Part shown: positions 13,866 through 24,900 of the stretch, piece after piece
Position numbering within the stretch: the stretch's first letter is position 1
Layout: each line of letters starts with the position of its first letter
NCBI RefSeq assembly: GCF_037042905.1
Contig: NW_026974140.1
Span: forward strand, 808,001-872,000
DNA from: Lytechinus pictus
Lineage: Eukaryota
Reading direction: 5' to 3'
DNA length: 64,000 bases
Position numbers and translations under genes: made by a program
The notes under the pieces: generated by a model
Told to the model about the DNA's origin: nothing
The model's database searches: none
What the model saw: only the letters and a program-made list of their open reading frames with translations

Positions 13866-14533
13866 CTAAGGATTTACATTGTTCGTTTATGCAGTACACT
13901 ACTATCGTTAAGACACTGGCATTGATATCTAAAGACATGTTCTTAAAGTGGAAATGGCAATTGTTACAATATGACTTTGAGAGAATAAATACACGGGGAA
14001 AACATATACAAAAGCCCATTAAAGATCTAATATAGAATATGTACACACTATAAGCAAAGATCTAAACAATATAATGGTGTATAATAATGAAATAGAATAT
14101 AAAAGTATAAAATAATTACTATATATTATTTAGCGCATAAACAATTCGGATAATCTGGAGGAAAATTCGTCAATTTTAGGTTTGCCTTCAGCAAATATAT
14201 AGACACATGATAATATAATAATGTAATATGCATAAAGTAATGATATGTTGATAGACATTGGATATAGACAGTAATTTAACCCATAAATTTATCGGGTTGA
14301 AGTTGTATTGAGACATATACAAAGAGTTATTCAGATGCAGAATATAAAATTACAATCTTTATGATTATGTATATATATATATATATTAATGTTGAGTTAC
14401 AAATACAATGTGGTTTGATTTAAACAACAGTTTCGTGAATATTATAGAAGGGTATTTAATATAACACAGTTTTTCAGGATCTACTAAAATTGCCCATAGG
14501 GAATATACAAAATAACTGTAGCGTTAATAGAGT

Positions 14534-15200
14534 TTATAAGGCAAGAAGGTCACTTTCTCTGAAGATTTGTTTCTTCATTGAAGTGTTAGGATCTGTCGTT
14601 TTAACCGAGGCGATAACACGGCCATCACTTGTCCATGCCGCGTGTACATTTTTGTGTTGGCTTGTCTTCTTGAGGAGTTTGAGGGTTGTCAGTGTCAAAT
14701 CTTCTTGAATAGAATTCCACTCCCTTTCAATGTCTTTTTCGCTTTCATAAATTGCGTCTTCTGTTTGTAGGAACACAATTTAAAGATGATGGGTTTAGCC
14801 TTGGTTGGATCTTTTTGACCTACTCGATGAGATCGATCGATGTGGTGTTTTTTCAACTTGAACCCAAGCTGATCCTTGGCAATGTCAATTGCTAGTTGAT
14901 CGGTATCTTCACCTATTTTATCTTTCACACCAAAAATTCTAATGCTGTTTCACCTTGTATACTGCTCGAGAATATTCAATTGGCGCTCCACGTCTTCTCT
15001 TTTCTCGATTTCATTCTGTAGCTGTTTCTCCAGAATATATGTTTCTTTCTCTTTACTCTCCAAAGAATTTTGAAGTTGAATGATAGTTGATTCATTTTCT
15101 TCTATGTGGCGACGCATGTTTTCACATTGAACATTCACTACTTTATCCATTGTTTCTTTACAGACAGTCTCCAGACAGTCTCCAGTGTTTTCATGAATTA
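14534..15200 (-). pseudogene. LINE ORF1 (coiled coil + RRM/Tnp22-like + CTD), disrupted
   Basis: LEQYTR, then GVKDKIGEDTD...IDRSHRVG...KPIIFKL, then EDLT...AWTSDGRVIA. These are motifs typical of CR1/L2 ORF1; broken by a stop and a frameshift. Confidence 0.85.
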
Positions 15201-15319
15201 TTTTGCTTTGAGTAACTTAGTGAGAATCTGTTTTAGAGAGGTTGCGGAGGTACCACCCAAGCATTATATCCTAGTTCATCTTAAATCGTAGACAAATAAT
15301 TTGCGGTCCTGCCCCCCCC

Positions 15320-15369
<50 letters not shown>

Positions 15370-16726
15370 CAATACCCTTCAATACAAAAATCTAACTTTG
15401 TGGGTCTGATGTGATACTTAAAAACATATCATGTTTCCCCCTTCTCTTTCACTATTATTTTCTCTTCAGTGAGGGGGGGTCCAAAAAACAAAAACCAGGA
15501 GGGGGTAGACCAAGACTAAGTGATATGCTCATACAGACTATATCAGCAATGCAAGCGCGAAGCGCGAGTTTAGATGCTACCAGAATCATGATCATAATAA
15601 TTGTACATTTGCCATTATGATTCATAAAAAATATGATGTTTGAAGGGAAGTTAATGTATCCCCATATCCCACGAGATCGACACCCCCCCCCCCCCCCCCC
15701 CCCCGAGCCCTGAGCAATTCCTGGAGGGTATTGAAGGAGCCGGACTCGTATTTAGAGGGAAAAAATGGGAAAGGGAGTAAGGAGTGTGCATTTGAAAGGG
15801 GGAAGATGTTATCAATATATCAACGGATGCGAGTGGTTTATTCATGTTTTGTTCTAGGTGGTTTTTTTATACAGTAGTGTAATTTTAGGATGGATGTAAA
15901 TGGAAATTCCTGAATATGGTATTATGAAAAATAATAGACATTATGCGCAAGAGGTGTTATTTAAAGTAAAATATTGTGTTGTGTGTGTTATTGTATATAT
16001 TGCCATTGTTATCACAGATTCTACTTAAAGCTCTTTTTTTCTTATATGTGTTGCTATATTTCTATTCAGTACAATCGGCATTCTCGCTTCGGCTTCGCTT
16101 GTTTATTTCATTCTAAAAGAAAAGTTAGTGCAATATTTTTATTATTCAAGTTACCTTAAACCTTTAGCTGCATGCAAGCACTATAGGAAAATTGTGAAGC
16201 GAATATTGATCGCACTTACTTAGTAAAATTTGTGAACGCAAAGCGCGAGCTGATATTTTTGTAATATGAATTTAGAACTTTTCTTGTAATCATTAAGAGT
16301 ATGTGTATCACTGAATAAATCGAATATAATTAATATTCAAATCGTGAGCAGAATAATTTGTGCATATTGACTAGACTTGAAAAAATGAATATACTAGGGC
16401 AGATATAATCTTGAACATGTTAAACAAATTATTATCTCGCTCAAGTCGATGCTAGCGCGAAGCGTGAGCAACGTTTTTTACATTATGTCTTGGTTTTCTT
16501 TTTTATTTTCTTATTATCCCCTCCCCAGTTTTATTATACTTTCTTCCTTCTTTTTCCATTCCTCACTTATTCTCTTTAACCCCCTTTTCCACCACCAATA
16601 GAAGGGGGTGTCAGCAGCTGCTTCGCCCCCATGGATCTGCATGCCTTGCCTATGCATGTACATCCTTTAGCACTATTCTGAAAGATCCTGTCTTCATTAC
16701 AGAACATTTTAACTTTAAATATCCAC

Positions 16727-18033
16727 ATATGCGGATCGGGTGGAGAGGGGCAGAGGGGCCAGCCCCCCTTCTTGGAGGAGCAAAAAAAGAAAGAAAAAAG
16801 GGGGAAAGAAAGAAAAAATCAAAATAGGGGAGAGAAGAAAAAAATAAGAGGAGGAAGACGAATGAATAAAATAAGATGAGTGAAAGGCTTGGAAAATAAA
16901 ACAAATCTTTCATGTCACTATATAAAATTTTCGCTCGCTGTTCGCGCTCGCATATTAGGTGATTTACATATCTTGCTCAATATGGAGTTTAAAATATCAA
17001 ATTTTAAAGTCAATATAGAGAACATACTTCAACTCAGTATATAATCGAACTTATTCTGTCAGAGTTACAAACTGATTTTTTTTTTAAGTGCTCTGTATAA
17101 ATGTCATGCACTTTAATTGTCTGAATATCACTATTTTCTACTCGCGCTGTATAAAAATTGATTTGTTAGGTAAGCCTAACTATATTATTTTGGAAGGAAT
17201 AGGAAGATATTCATCATTTTCATAATGTCACGGTCCCATGTCAAAACTCAATAGTAATAATAATGAACGATATCAGCTTTTTATTAAGTGCAATCAATAT
17301 CCGGCTCGCAATTTTCCTACAAAGAACTTGAAACAGAGTGCTTAAATTTACCCTTTTCAGATCAGATTTTCAAAAAAATTCTGCTTGCGTTTATCGCTAG
17401 CATTATACATGTTATTAATCTAGAAAGGTCCCCAATTACTCATCCTTTTTCATGATTTACAAAACATGAATGATGTGTCCCGTCTTAGTCTAAATCTCGA
17501 TTTTTTACGCTCGCACTTCGCCCTCGCATCAATTGTTCAGTGATATACATATCCTGTTTACGTTTACAAAAAAGCTTATAATTTCCCTTTTTTAGGTAAA
17601 AATGTACTTCTGTTTGATTGTTGTAACATGCAACGAATTTATGGCTAACTGCAAGACGTCCTTGACAGGTGCATGGTTAATTTTCTTCAAAACGTATATT
17701 TAAAATGTCTGTTCACGCTTCGCAGTAATTATTTAGTTGCATACACGATTCGTTCAAGCTCACAAACATTGCCCAGAATGTTAAAATTTTAGGACAAAAT
17801 ACATAAAATTTCAAATACAAAATTAGCTCGCGCTTCGCGCTCGAACTATTTATATAAGGCTTATGAGATTATTAAATATTTATGTTGATTTATAGGAACA
17901 AAGCTAATGGACTACCCCTTCACACCTTCAAATAAACATACATAAATTAACTTCGAGCGGCCGATTTTGGGAAGATATGACTGAAAATACCATCCCCCCC
18001 CCCCCCTATCAGCGAAGGCTGGATCCGCCCCTG
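16727..18033 (+). mobile_element. ~1.3-kb non-autonomous DNA transposon of the GCGCGAAGCGC family
   Basis: Starts catatgcggatc followed by a purine tract, ends ggctggatccgcccctg; internal ctcgcgcttcgcgctcg subrepeats. Confidence 0.7.
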
Positions 18034-18793
18034 TACCCAACATACCATCTGTAAACATGCCTCTATAAAGGAGCTATATACAGTTCTTTACTTGTATTTC
18101 TGCTCAGACTCATTAGAAAGGTGCAAATTGGAAACTTGAAACTGATCATGCATAGTGCCATTTGGCCAGAGTGTACCAATAATCATGGTACAAGAACGAA
18201 TTATCAGTATTGTTTATGGCAATGTTCAGTCAATATCGAATTGGAATGAATGTGTCAGGCAAGGTCACCAATTATAGTAAAAAGATTTTTATAAAATTTT
18301 ACGTTGTGAATAAAGTTCGAAAATGGTCACCCGTTTCGTGTTAGATGTCAACTAACGTGGAACAATAGAAAATGTATCATTTTGGATTTTGAAAAAAAAA
18401 TTGGTGGAAAAAGCTAAACAGACGGGCCCATATTTTATAATGGCAATTTTCGTACATTTAGCTATATTGTGCAAGACTCTCTTACACTGGGTAAATGAAA
18501 CAGTGATAAATGACCATGAATAAATGCATACAATTATTAAAGTAAATGAATAAAAATGTATGTCTATGAGCAATTTTCAAAATATACCTGCGAGGCGCCC
18601 CGAGCCTGATCCGCCAATTTACATGTGGAAAGAAAAATTATGGGAAAACTGGCGTATACATGTATTCTCGACCGCTGGTCTTTCTCACAATCATAAAATA
18701 TGTTGTGAATAAGTTATTATTATATAATAAAGTCAGATATCTTTTTATTACACGTTTTATAGGCCTACAGCCGAAGGCTAAATACTTGCTCAG

Positions 18794-19095
18794 CAGTGGC
18801 GTACCTAGGATTTTCCACAGGGGGGGGGGGGCAAAACCGTGCGCCAAAAAAAAAGGTCTTCAATCACAAAAAAGGATTTTCTACCAGAAAAAAAAATTGA
18901 CAAGCAAAAAAAGAAAAAAAAAAGGTCTTCAAGCTCGTCAGGGGGGGGGGGGGCAATAAAAGTCTTCAAGCTCGTCAGGGGGGGCAATAAAGGTCTTCAA
19001 GCTCGTCAGGGGGGGCAGAGATACGTCCTTTGCATGGGTTGTGGCTCGACAGGGGGGGGGGGCAGATCGACTGCCCCCCCGTAGGTACGCTAGTG
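18794..19095 (+). mobile_element. hAT-like MITE with 8-bp TSD
   Basis: TIR cagtggcgtacct / aggtacgctagtg; perfect TSD ttgctcag at 18786-18793 and 19096-19103. Confidence 0.9.
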
Positions 19096-19660
19096 TTGCT
19101 CAGTATTATTTTGTCCACCCTCTGTGATTAGTGAGGTGGGGGGGGGGGGGGGATTGGGGAAGGGATAGCCATGCAGTTGAACAAATAGGCATTTTCACAA
19201 GAAAGTGTGTTATCTTTTAATGAAGAAATAATATTACTTCAATGCACTATGATTTATGATGCTATTAATTTAGGCCGATATCGCAACCTGTTTGTTTTGG
19301 GTTTTTTTGCTTTTCTCTCACTCATAACAGTCCGATTGACAATATTTATCCGGATATTCATGAGGGACGTGTATATAGTTTGTTTGGTTGTCAAGTTAGA
19401 AACAAAGAATTGCATTTAAGTTTGTCAGACTAGACAAATTCCCAACGACTCGTTCCCATGCAGTTCGATCCCCATCCACTCAGTTCTGCCCGTGTCTTTC
19501 TATATAATTTCTTTCTTTCTTTCATTGCATTTTATTGTCCCTTCCCGTTCTCAATTTCACCTCCTTGTGCTGATAATGACTTGAAAATCGATCAGTGCTT
19601 GGCTTGTAAATCATTGTCCCTGTTCTTTTGCATCTCGCCCATAGTTCAATGTTTAATTAA

Positions 19661-19990
19661 AGGTCAAGTCCACCCCAGAAAAAAATGTTGATTTGAATCA
19701 ATAGAAAAACAAGCATAAGTTAAAAATTTCATCAAAATCGGATGTAAAATGAGAAAATCTGTATGGCATTTCCAAATTTTGCATAGCCTAAATTTTTCAC
19801 AAAATAGTTATATGCACAATTCAGTATTATGCAAATGAGAGTTGATGATGTCCCTCGATCACTATATCTTTTTTTTTTTTTTTTATTATATTTCAATTAG
19901 AGATTTGAAAGGACCAAATTGACTGAACCATATAAAAAATCCACAGCGGTTAGGCCTATTCCACATTTTCAGGAAAAAGTGAAATTATGG
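19661..19990 (+). mobile_element. Truncated Kolobok-like (TTAA|AGG) MITE
   Basis: ttaa|aggtcaagtccacccc; homologous to the ends of 60854-61458. Confidence 0.65.
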
Positions 19991-21519
19991 GGAAATATGA
20001 TGATCGAGGCCCTATATCGACGTTACACCCGACTCGCATTATTATTTTAATTGTTATTTTGGTATAGGCCTATTTAGTTACTGAGATAGTGGTTATTACT
20101 ATGTGAAATGGCCATCCAATTATGGAAAATATACGATCTAACTGAATAACATTATTTACAGAACGTTATCTAATAAATTGATAACAAAAAAAATTAGTTC
20201 ATTATTAATTTTATTCCATAGGATAGCCAGTTTTCTGAAACTCGGCATGCTGAACTGTAGTAGGTCCATGGTTTTATAGAGCTCGACTGAATCAAATCAT
20301 CTCGGGACACGCAGGATCTCTCCATGTACATGACCAGTGAACTGAACTCTTCATGACCTTTTGTTAGGAGGCCTATCATTATGTACGAGTATTTAGTATA
20401 CAAGATCAGTGCAATGTCCATGGTTATGTTGACATTATTACGTAAAGTCTCCACATGCACTATTCAACACACACACACACACCCTTACACATACCGTACA
20501 CCCACGCACATGTAAATGAAATTCCCGGCCAGGCCTACTGCATACGCAGAACATTCATCCAACGTGCATACTGTACTAGTCTATGAATTCAGACACAATT
20601 AACCCAAAGAGGGTTTATATATCATTTTAGTGAGAATTAAATCAATACATTTCCAAAACATAAACAGGATGCACAATCTTGGAATTTTCTTTGAATGTAA
20701 GGGTTCTTTCTGTTGGTTTCATTTTCCTTTCTTTTCTTTTGAATCATTGGAATCGTAAAATAAAACTTTTTTTATCAATTTGAAACAACATGAGCTGAGG
20801 CTATAACGCGGGAAGTTAGAGGAACAACCAAAAAAGAAGTTTTTTCCAATTCTGTGCTGTACTTTGTATTCATTCAGAATTACAAATTGTTCCAGTGTTA
20901 TACTGGCAATTAGAGAGCAGATACTTGTGTGCAACAGCTATCATATCGTGGTTGGATTTTTTTAATGGGGACGATGGGACGATCGAGGTTCGTTTATGAC
21001 AATAGTACCGGTATTACGCAATCTCCCCAGCCAAGGGCAAGTTCAAGGAAGGTAGGAAAACGGAGTGGCGTTGCATGAGGTACGTACTCCTAATATCGAT
21101 CAAGGCTGTTTAGATCTAAAGTCCGCTCTGCCGTTCGTAGTAATGTGATACAAGGAAAGTCATGAAAACGCAATGTATGAGTAACAACGCAATAATTGTG
21201 ATCAGCGGACTACATTATCGTTCTCGCGTAGCACACGCACGGCAGCGGCGGTGATGCGCACTGTGGTAGAGGCATAGTGGTGGTGAGTGTCTGTGCTAAG
21301 AGGTGGATAACTGGATTTGGGTGATAGAGGGGGGTATGTTACAATGTTGAAATTACCTTCTCGGGAAACCCGACAGGGTAAAATTCACACATATAAGAGC
21401 ATAATTTATCGTGTAAAACACCTTTTCATTTCATATCATCCACATCATGGCCGTTTTAGGACATACACATTCATATAATATACAAATTAATTAGAATGGT
21501 GACAGGCCGATTTTGAGGA

Positions 21520-21909
21520 ATTACCAAAACTATCCACCCTCTTTAACTTCTGTTTGGATGCTATGCCGGTAAATCGGTTTACTGAAATATCATTTTTTGT
21601 TACAATTGATATCACAAAGAAGTCTTTGCTTCGCTTTAACCTGGTTACTTTCAATTTTTGTTGCAGCCTTTCTTTTGCTTTAGCTTCTCTATAATAGACT
21701 GTTTATCTTTACAAGAAGTGCATTAGGCGGCAAATTCAGATCAGTAATTGTGGTCAACAAAGTGCTTGTCTTTTGATTCTGGTTGAAGTTCTGGATCTTC
21801 TAAAATATTATTGATTTCTGGACCTTCCTCTGGCAGAAGTTCAGCAAGATCGGCCACACCCAATAGGCTTGTAGTTTCTTCCATTTTTCCTTTGCGAGTT
21901 CTCTTCTTT
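21520..21909 (-). pseudogene. Remnant of a THAP-associated (ISL2EU/Harbinger-like) transposase
   Basis: Minus-strand translation KKRTRK...KHFVDHNY*...CTSCKDKQSIIEKLK...IVTKNDISVNRFTGIASK: a DHxY motif, a coiled coil and a D-x-x-V-x-x-F/YTG motif in the order seen downstream of THAP in these transposases; contains stops and a frameshift. Confidence 0.6.
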
Positions 21910-24900
21910 ACACTCACAATTCACACAAGCACAAGAAACTAAGGTGTGCCATTGGTTGTGGTTTTAATCTCATACATATTACATAATACATTATGTGAAT
22001 AGGCTTAATAATCTTGACGATTACAACATGAATAACTTGGTTTGAATAATTTGAATACATAATATTACGATTCTTAAATCTGTAGATCTCCATCCTAAGT
22101 TCAATGTTATAACTTCATAAAATGGGTATACCACTTAAAAAGAGGACGGCTTCAGCATAACTACTTGGAAGGACCCGGGTATATTTTATCCGATAATTCA
22201 ATCACAATTTACTAAGGCGTCCGCCCCGCGTCCGCACATATATATCCCTACCCGGGGTGCATAATGACGCAAACAATAATATTCTCTCTCTGCATAGGGT
22301 GCCCACCTCTACAGACGAGGAAACATTCAAAGGGCACAAACACTGCCCGAACAAAATCCCTCTCCACATGATAGGGTGTCAACCTATATGGACGAGGAAA
22401 CAAGGGCACAACATGAAATAAATGGGGCATAATTAAGACGCAATGGCCAATACATCCGATCTCAAATAATTGAAAACAATACACCTTCCTGCTGAGGTAT
22501 GGTGAAGCCGGCCAAAGTTACGTAAGATAGGCACAGGGGCTCAAAAATTGTACAATTTACCGCACGAAAGATGTGCAATGTATGTTCGGATAGATCAGAC
22601 ATACCAACATCCCAACTCATAAACCAACTGCTGAAATCATTCTAGCAATAATATATATAAGTTTACATTAAGTTTATAAGTTAACCTTATATAACTATAT
22701 CCGTGGGATCGATGGTCCCCTTGAACTTGAACACGTACCCTAAATGACCGGGCAGGGGCAATATAAATGCACCCCCTGCTCGAGTGCAAAGTGCTGCGAA
22801 CCTCAGGTAAGGGTGAAAACCTCCATGGTCGAAGGAGGAGAAAAGCCCCTTACTGCCAAGCAAAGCTTCGACAACTAAACAATACTAACACAGTCTGAGG
22901 CACCAGCAAATTGCACAGGCATGATAGCTTATTTGAATGTTCTCCATGGGTACTCAATTTGAAGGCGTAGCGCCCTTAAGACTATAAATAAATCTACAGA
23001 CAATATCAATTTTGCGCCAATTCACTACCGGACACGTGATTATGTAATTTAATTATGATAACGTATGACAGGTGGTCTAAGAGGGGAGGAGGAGGGAATT
23101 AAAATTGGGATGATTCACACATAACAAGTGTTCTCAACGAAACCACAACTCAAAATGATTATATTCCCTCAGTAACTCATGCTGAATGCAAGTAAAGGCT
23201 TCTTTCCCACGCCTCTGATGCGCGGTAACTTCCCGAGGAATTCTGTTTTGTAAACATCGCGGCAGTACAAACAGGCGGCCGCTTTATATGGAGCGCCGCT
23301 ACTCGCGGCAGCTTTGTGAGCGGTTTCGTTTGATCTAGGTGACCGCAAGTACTTATCACAGCCGCAAAAAGAACTGCCGCTCCGCGCAACTACCGCGCGA
23401 CAAAATGTGCAAATTGCGACTGTAAATCATTTGAGCGATTAAACACCGCTAAAATTTATTACACTCACAATTCACACAAGCACAAGAAACTAAGGTGTGC
23501 CATTGGTTGTGGTTTTAATCTCATACATATTACATAATACATTATGTGAATAGGCTTAATAATCTTGACGATTACAACATGAATAACTTGGTTTGAATAA
23601 TTTGAATACATAATATTACGATTCTTAAATATGTAGATCTCCATCCTAAGTTCAATGTTATAACTTCATAAAATGGGTATACCACTTAAAAAGAGGACGG
23701 CTTCAGCATAACTACTTGGAAGGACCCGGGTATATTTTATCCGATAATTCAATCACAATTTACTAAGGCGTCCGCCCCGCGTCCGCACATATATATCCCT
23801 ACCCGGGGTGCATAATGACGCAAACAATAATATTCTCTCTCTGCATAGGGTGCCCACCTCTACAGACGAGGAAACATTCAAAGGGCACAAACACTGCCCG
23901 AACAAAATCCCTCTCCACATGATAGGGTGTCAACCTATATGGACGAGGAAACAAGGGCACAACATGAAATAAATGGGGCATAATTAAGACGCAATGGCCA
24001 ATACATCCGATCTCAAATAATTGAAAACAATACACCTTCCTGCTGAGGTATGGTGAAGCCGGCCAAAGTTACGTAAGATAGGCACAGGGGCTCAAAAATT
24101 GTACAATTTACCGCACGAAAGATGTGCAATGTATGTTCGGATAGATCAGACATACCAACATCCCAACTCATAAACCAACTGCTGAAATCATTCTAGCAAT
24201 AATATATATAAGTTTACATTAAGTTTATAAGTTAACCTTATATAACTATATCCGTGGGATCGATGGTCCCCTTGAACTTGAACACGTACCCTAAATGACC
24301 GGGCAGGGGCAATATAAATGCACCCCCTGCTCGAGTGCAAAGTGCTGCGAACCTCAGGTAAGGGTGAAAACCTCCATGGTCGAAGGAGGAGAAAAGCCCC
24401 TTACTGCCAAGCAAAGCTTCGACAACTAAACAATACTAACACAGTCTGAGGCACCAGCAAATTGCACAGGCATGATAGCTTATTTGAATGTTCTCCATGG
24501 GTACTCAATTTGAAGGCGTAGCGCCCTTAAGACTATAAATAAATCTACAGACAATATCAATTTTGCGCCAATTCACTACCGGACACGTGATTATGTAATT
24601 TAATTATGATAACGTATGACAGGTGGTCTAAGAGGGGAGGAGGAGGGAATTAAAATTGGGATGATTCACACATAACAAGTGTTCTCAACGAAACCACAAC
24701 TCAAAATGATTATATTCCCTCAGTAACTCATGCTGAATGCAAGTAAAGGCTTCTTTCCCACGCCTCTGATGCGCGGTAACTTCCCGAGGAATTCTGTTTT
24801 GTAAACATCGCGGCAGTACAAACAGGCGGCCGCTTTATATGGAGCGCCGCTACTCGCGGCAGCTTTGTGAGCGGTTTCGTTTGATCTAGGTGACCGCAAG

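Larger units (their letters stand above)
6164..14378. repeat. Tandem segmental duplication, two copies of ~4108 bp (6164-10269; 10270-~14378)
   Basis: ORFs 7113..9233 and 11221..13341 are offset by 4108 bp and differ at 4 visible amino acids. The junction at 10270 joins a (TA)n run to cttcctcctc from 6165. Confidence 0.95.
10578..15290 (-). mobile_element. CR1/L2-group (Crack-like) LINE, copy B (ORF1 + ~670-bp spacer + ORF2 + tail)
   Basis: As copy A, plus upstream ORF1 remnants; the 5' boundary is approximate. Confidence 0.9.

Noticed and set aside
22484..22530. HDV-like ribozyme (cct-TCCTGCTG-agg resembles P3/L3)
   Set aside because: No P1' directly after P3 followed by GG and no matching P2, so the topology does not fit.
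22248..23389. 78-aa and 70-aa ORFs repeated in each 1551-bp unit
   Set aside because: Short, start at non-ATG codons, no recognisable motif; they recur only because the DNA is repeated.
21911..23461. Tandem snRNA, 5S, histone or telomerase RNA gene unit, or hammerhead retrozyme
   Set aside because: No U1/U2/U6/5S/7SL signature found on either strand. Only ACCCTAA (7 nt) resembles a telomerase template. No CTGANGA core on either strand.
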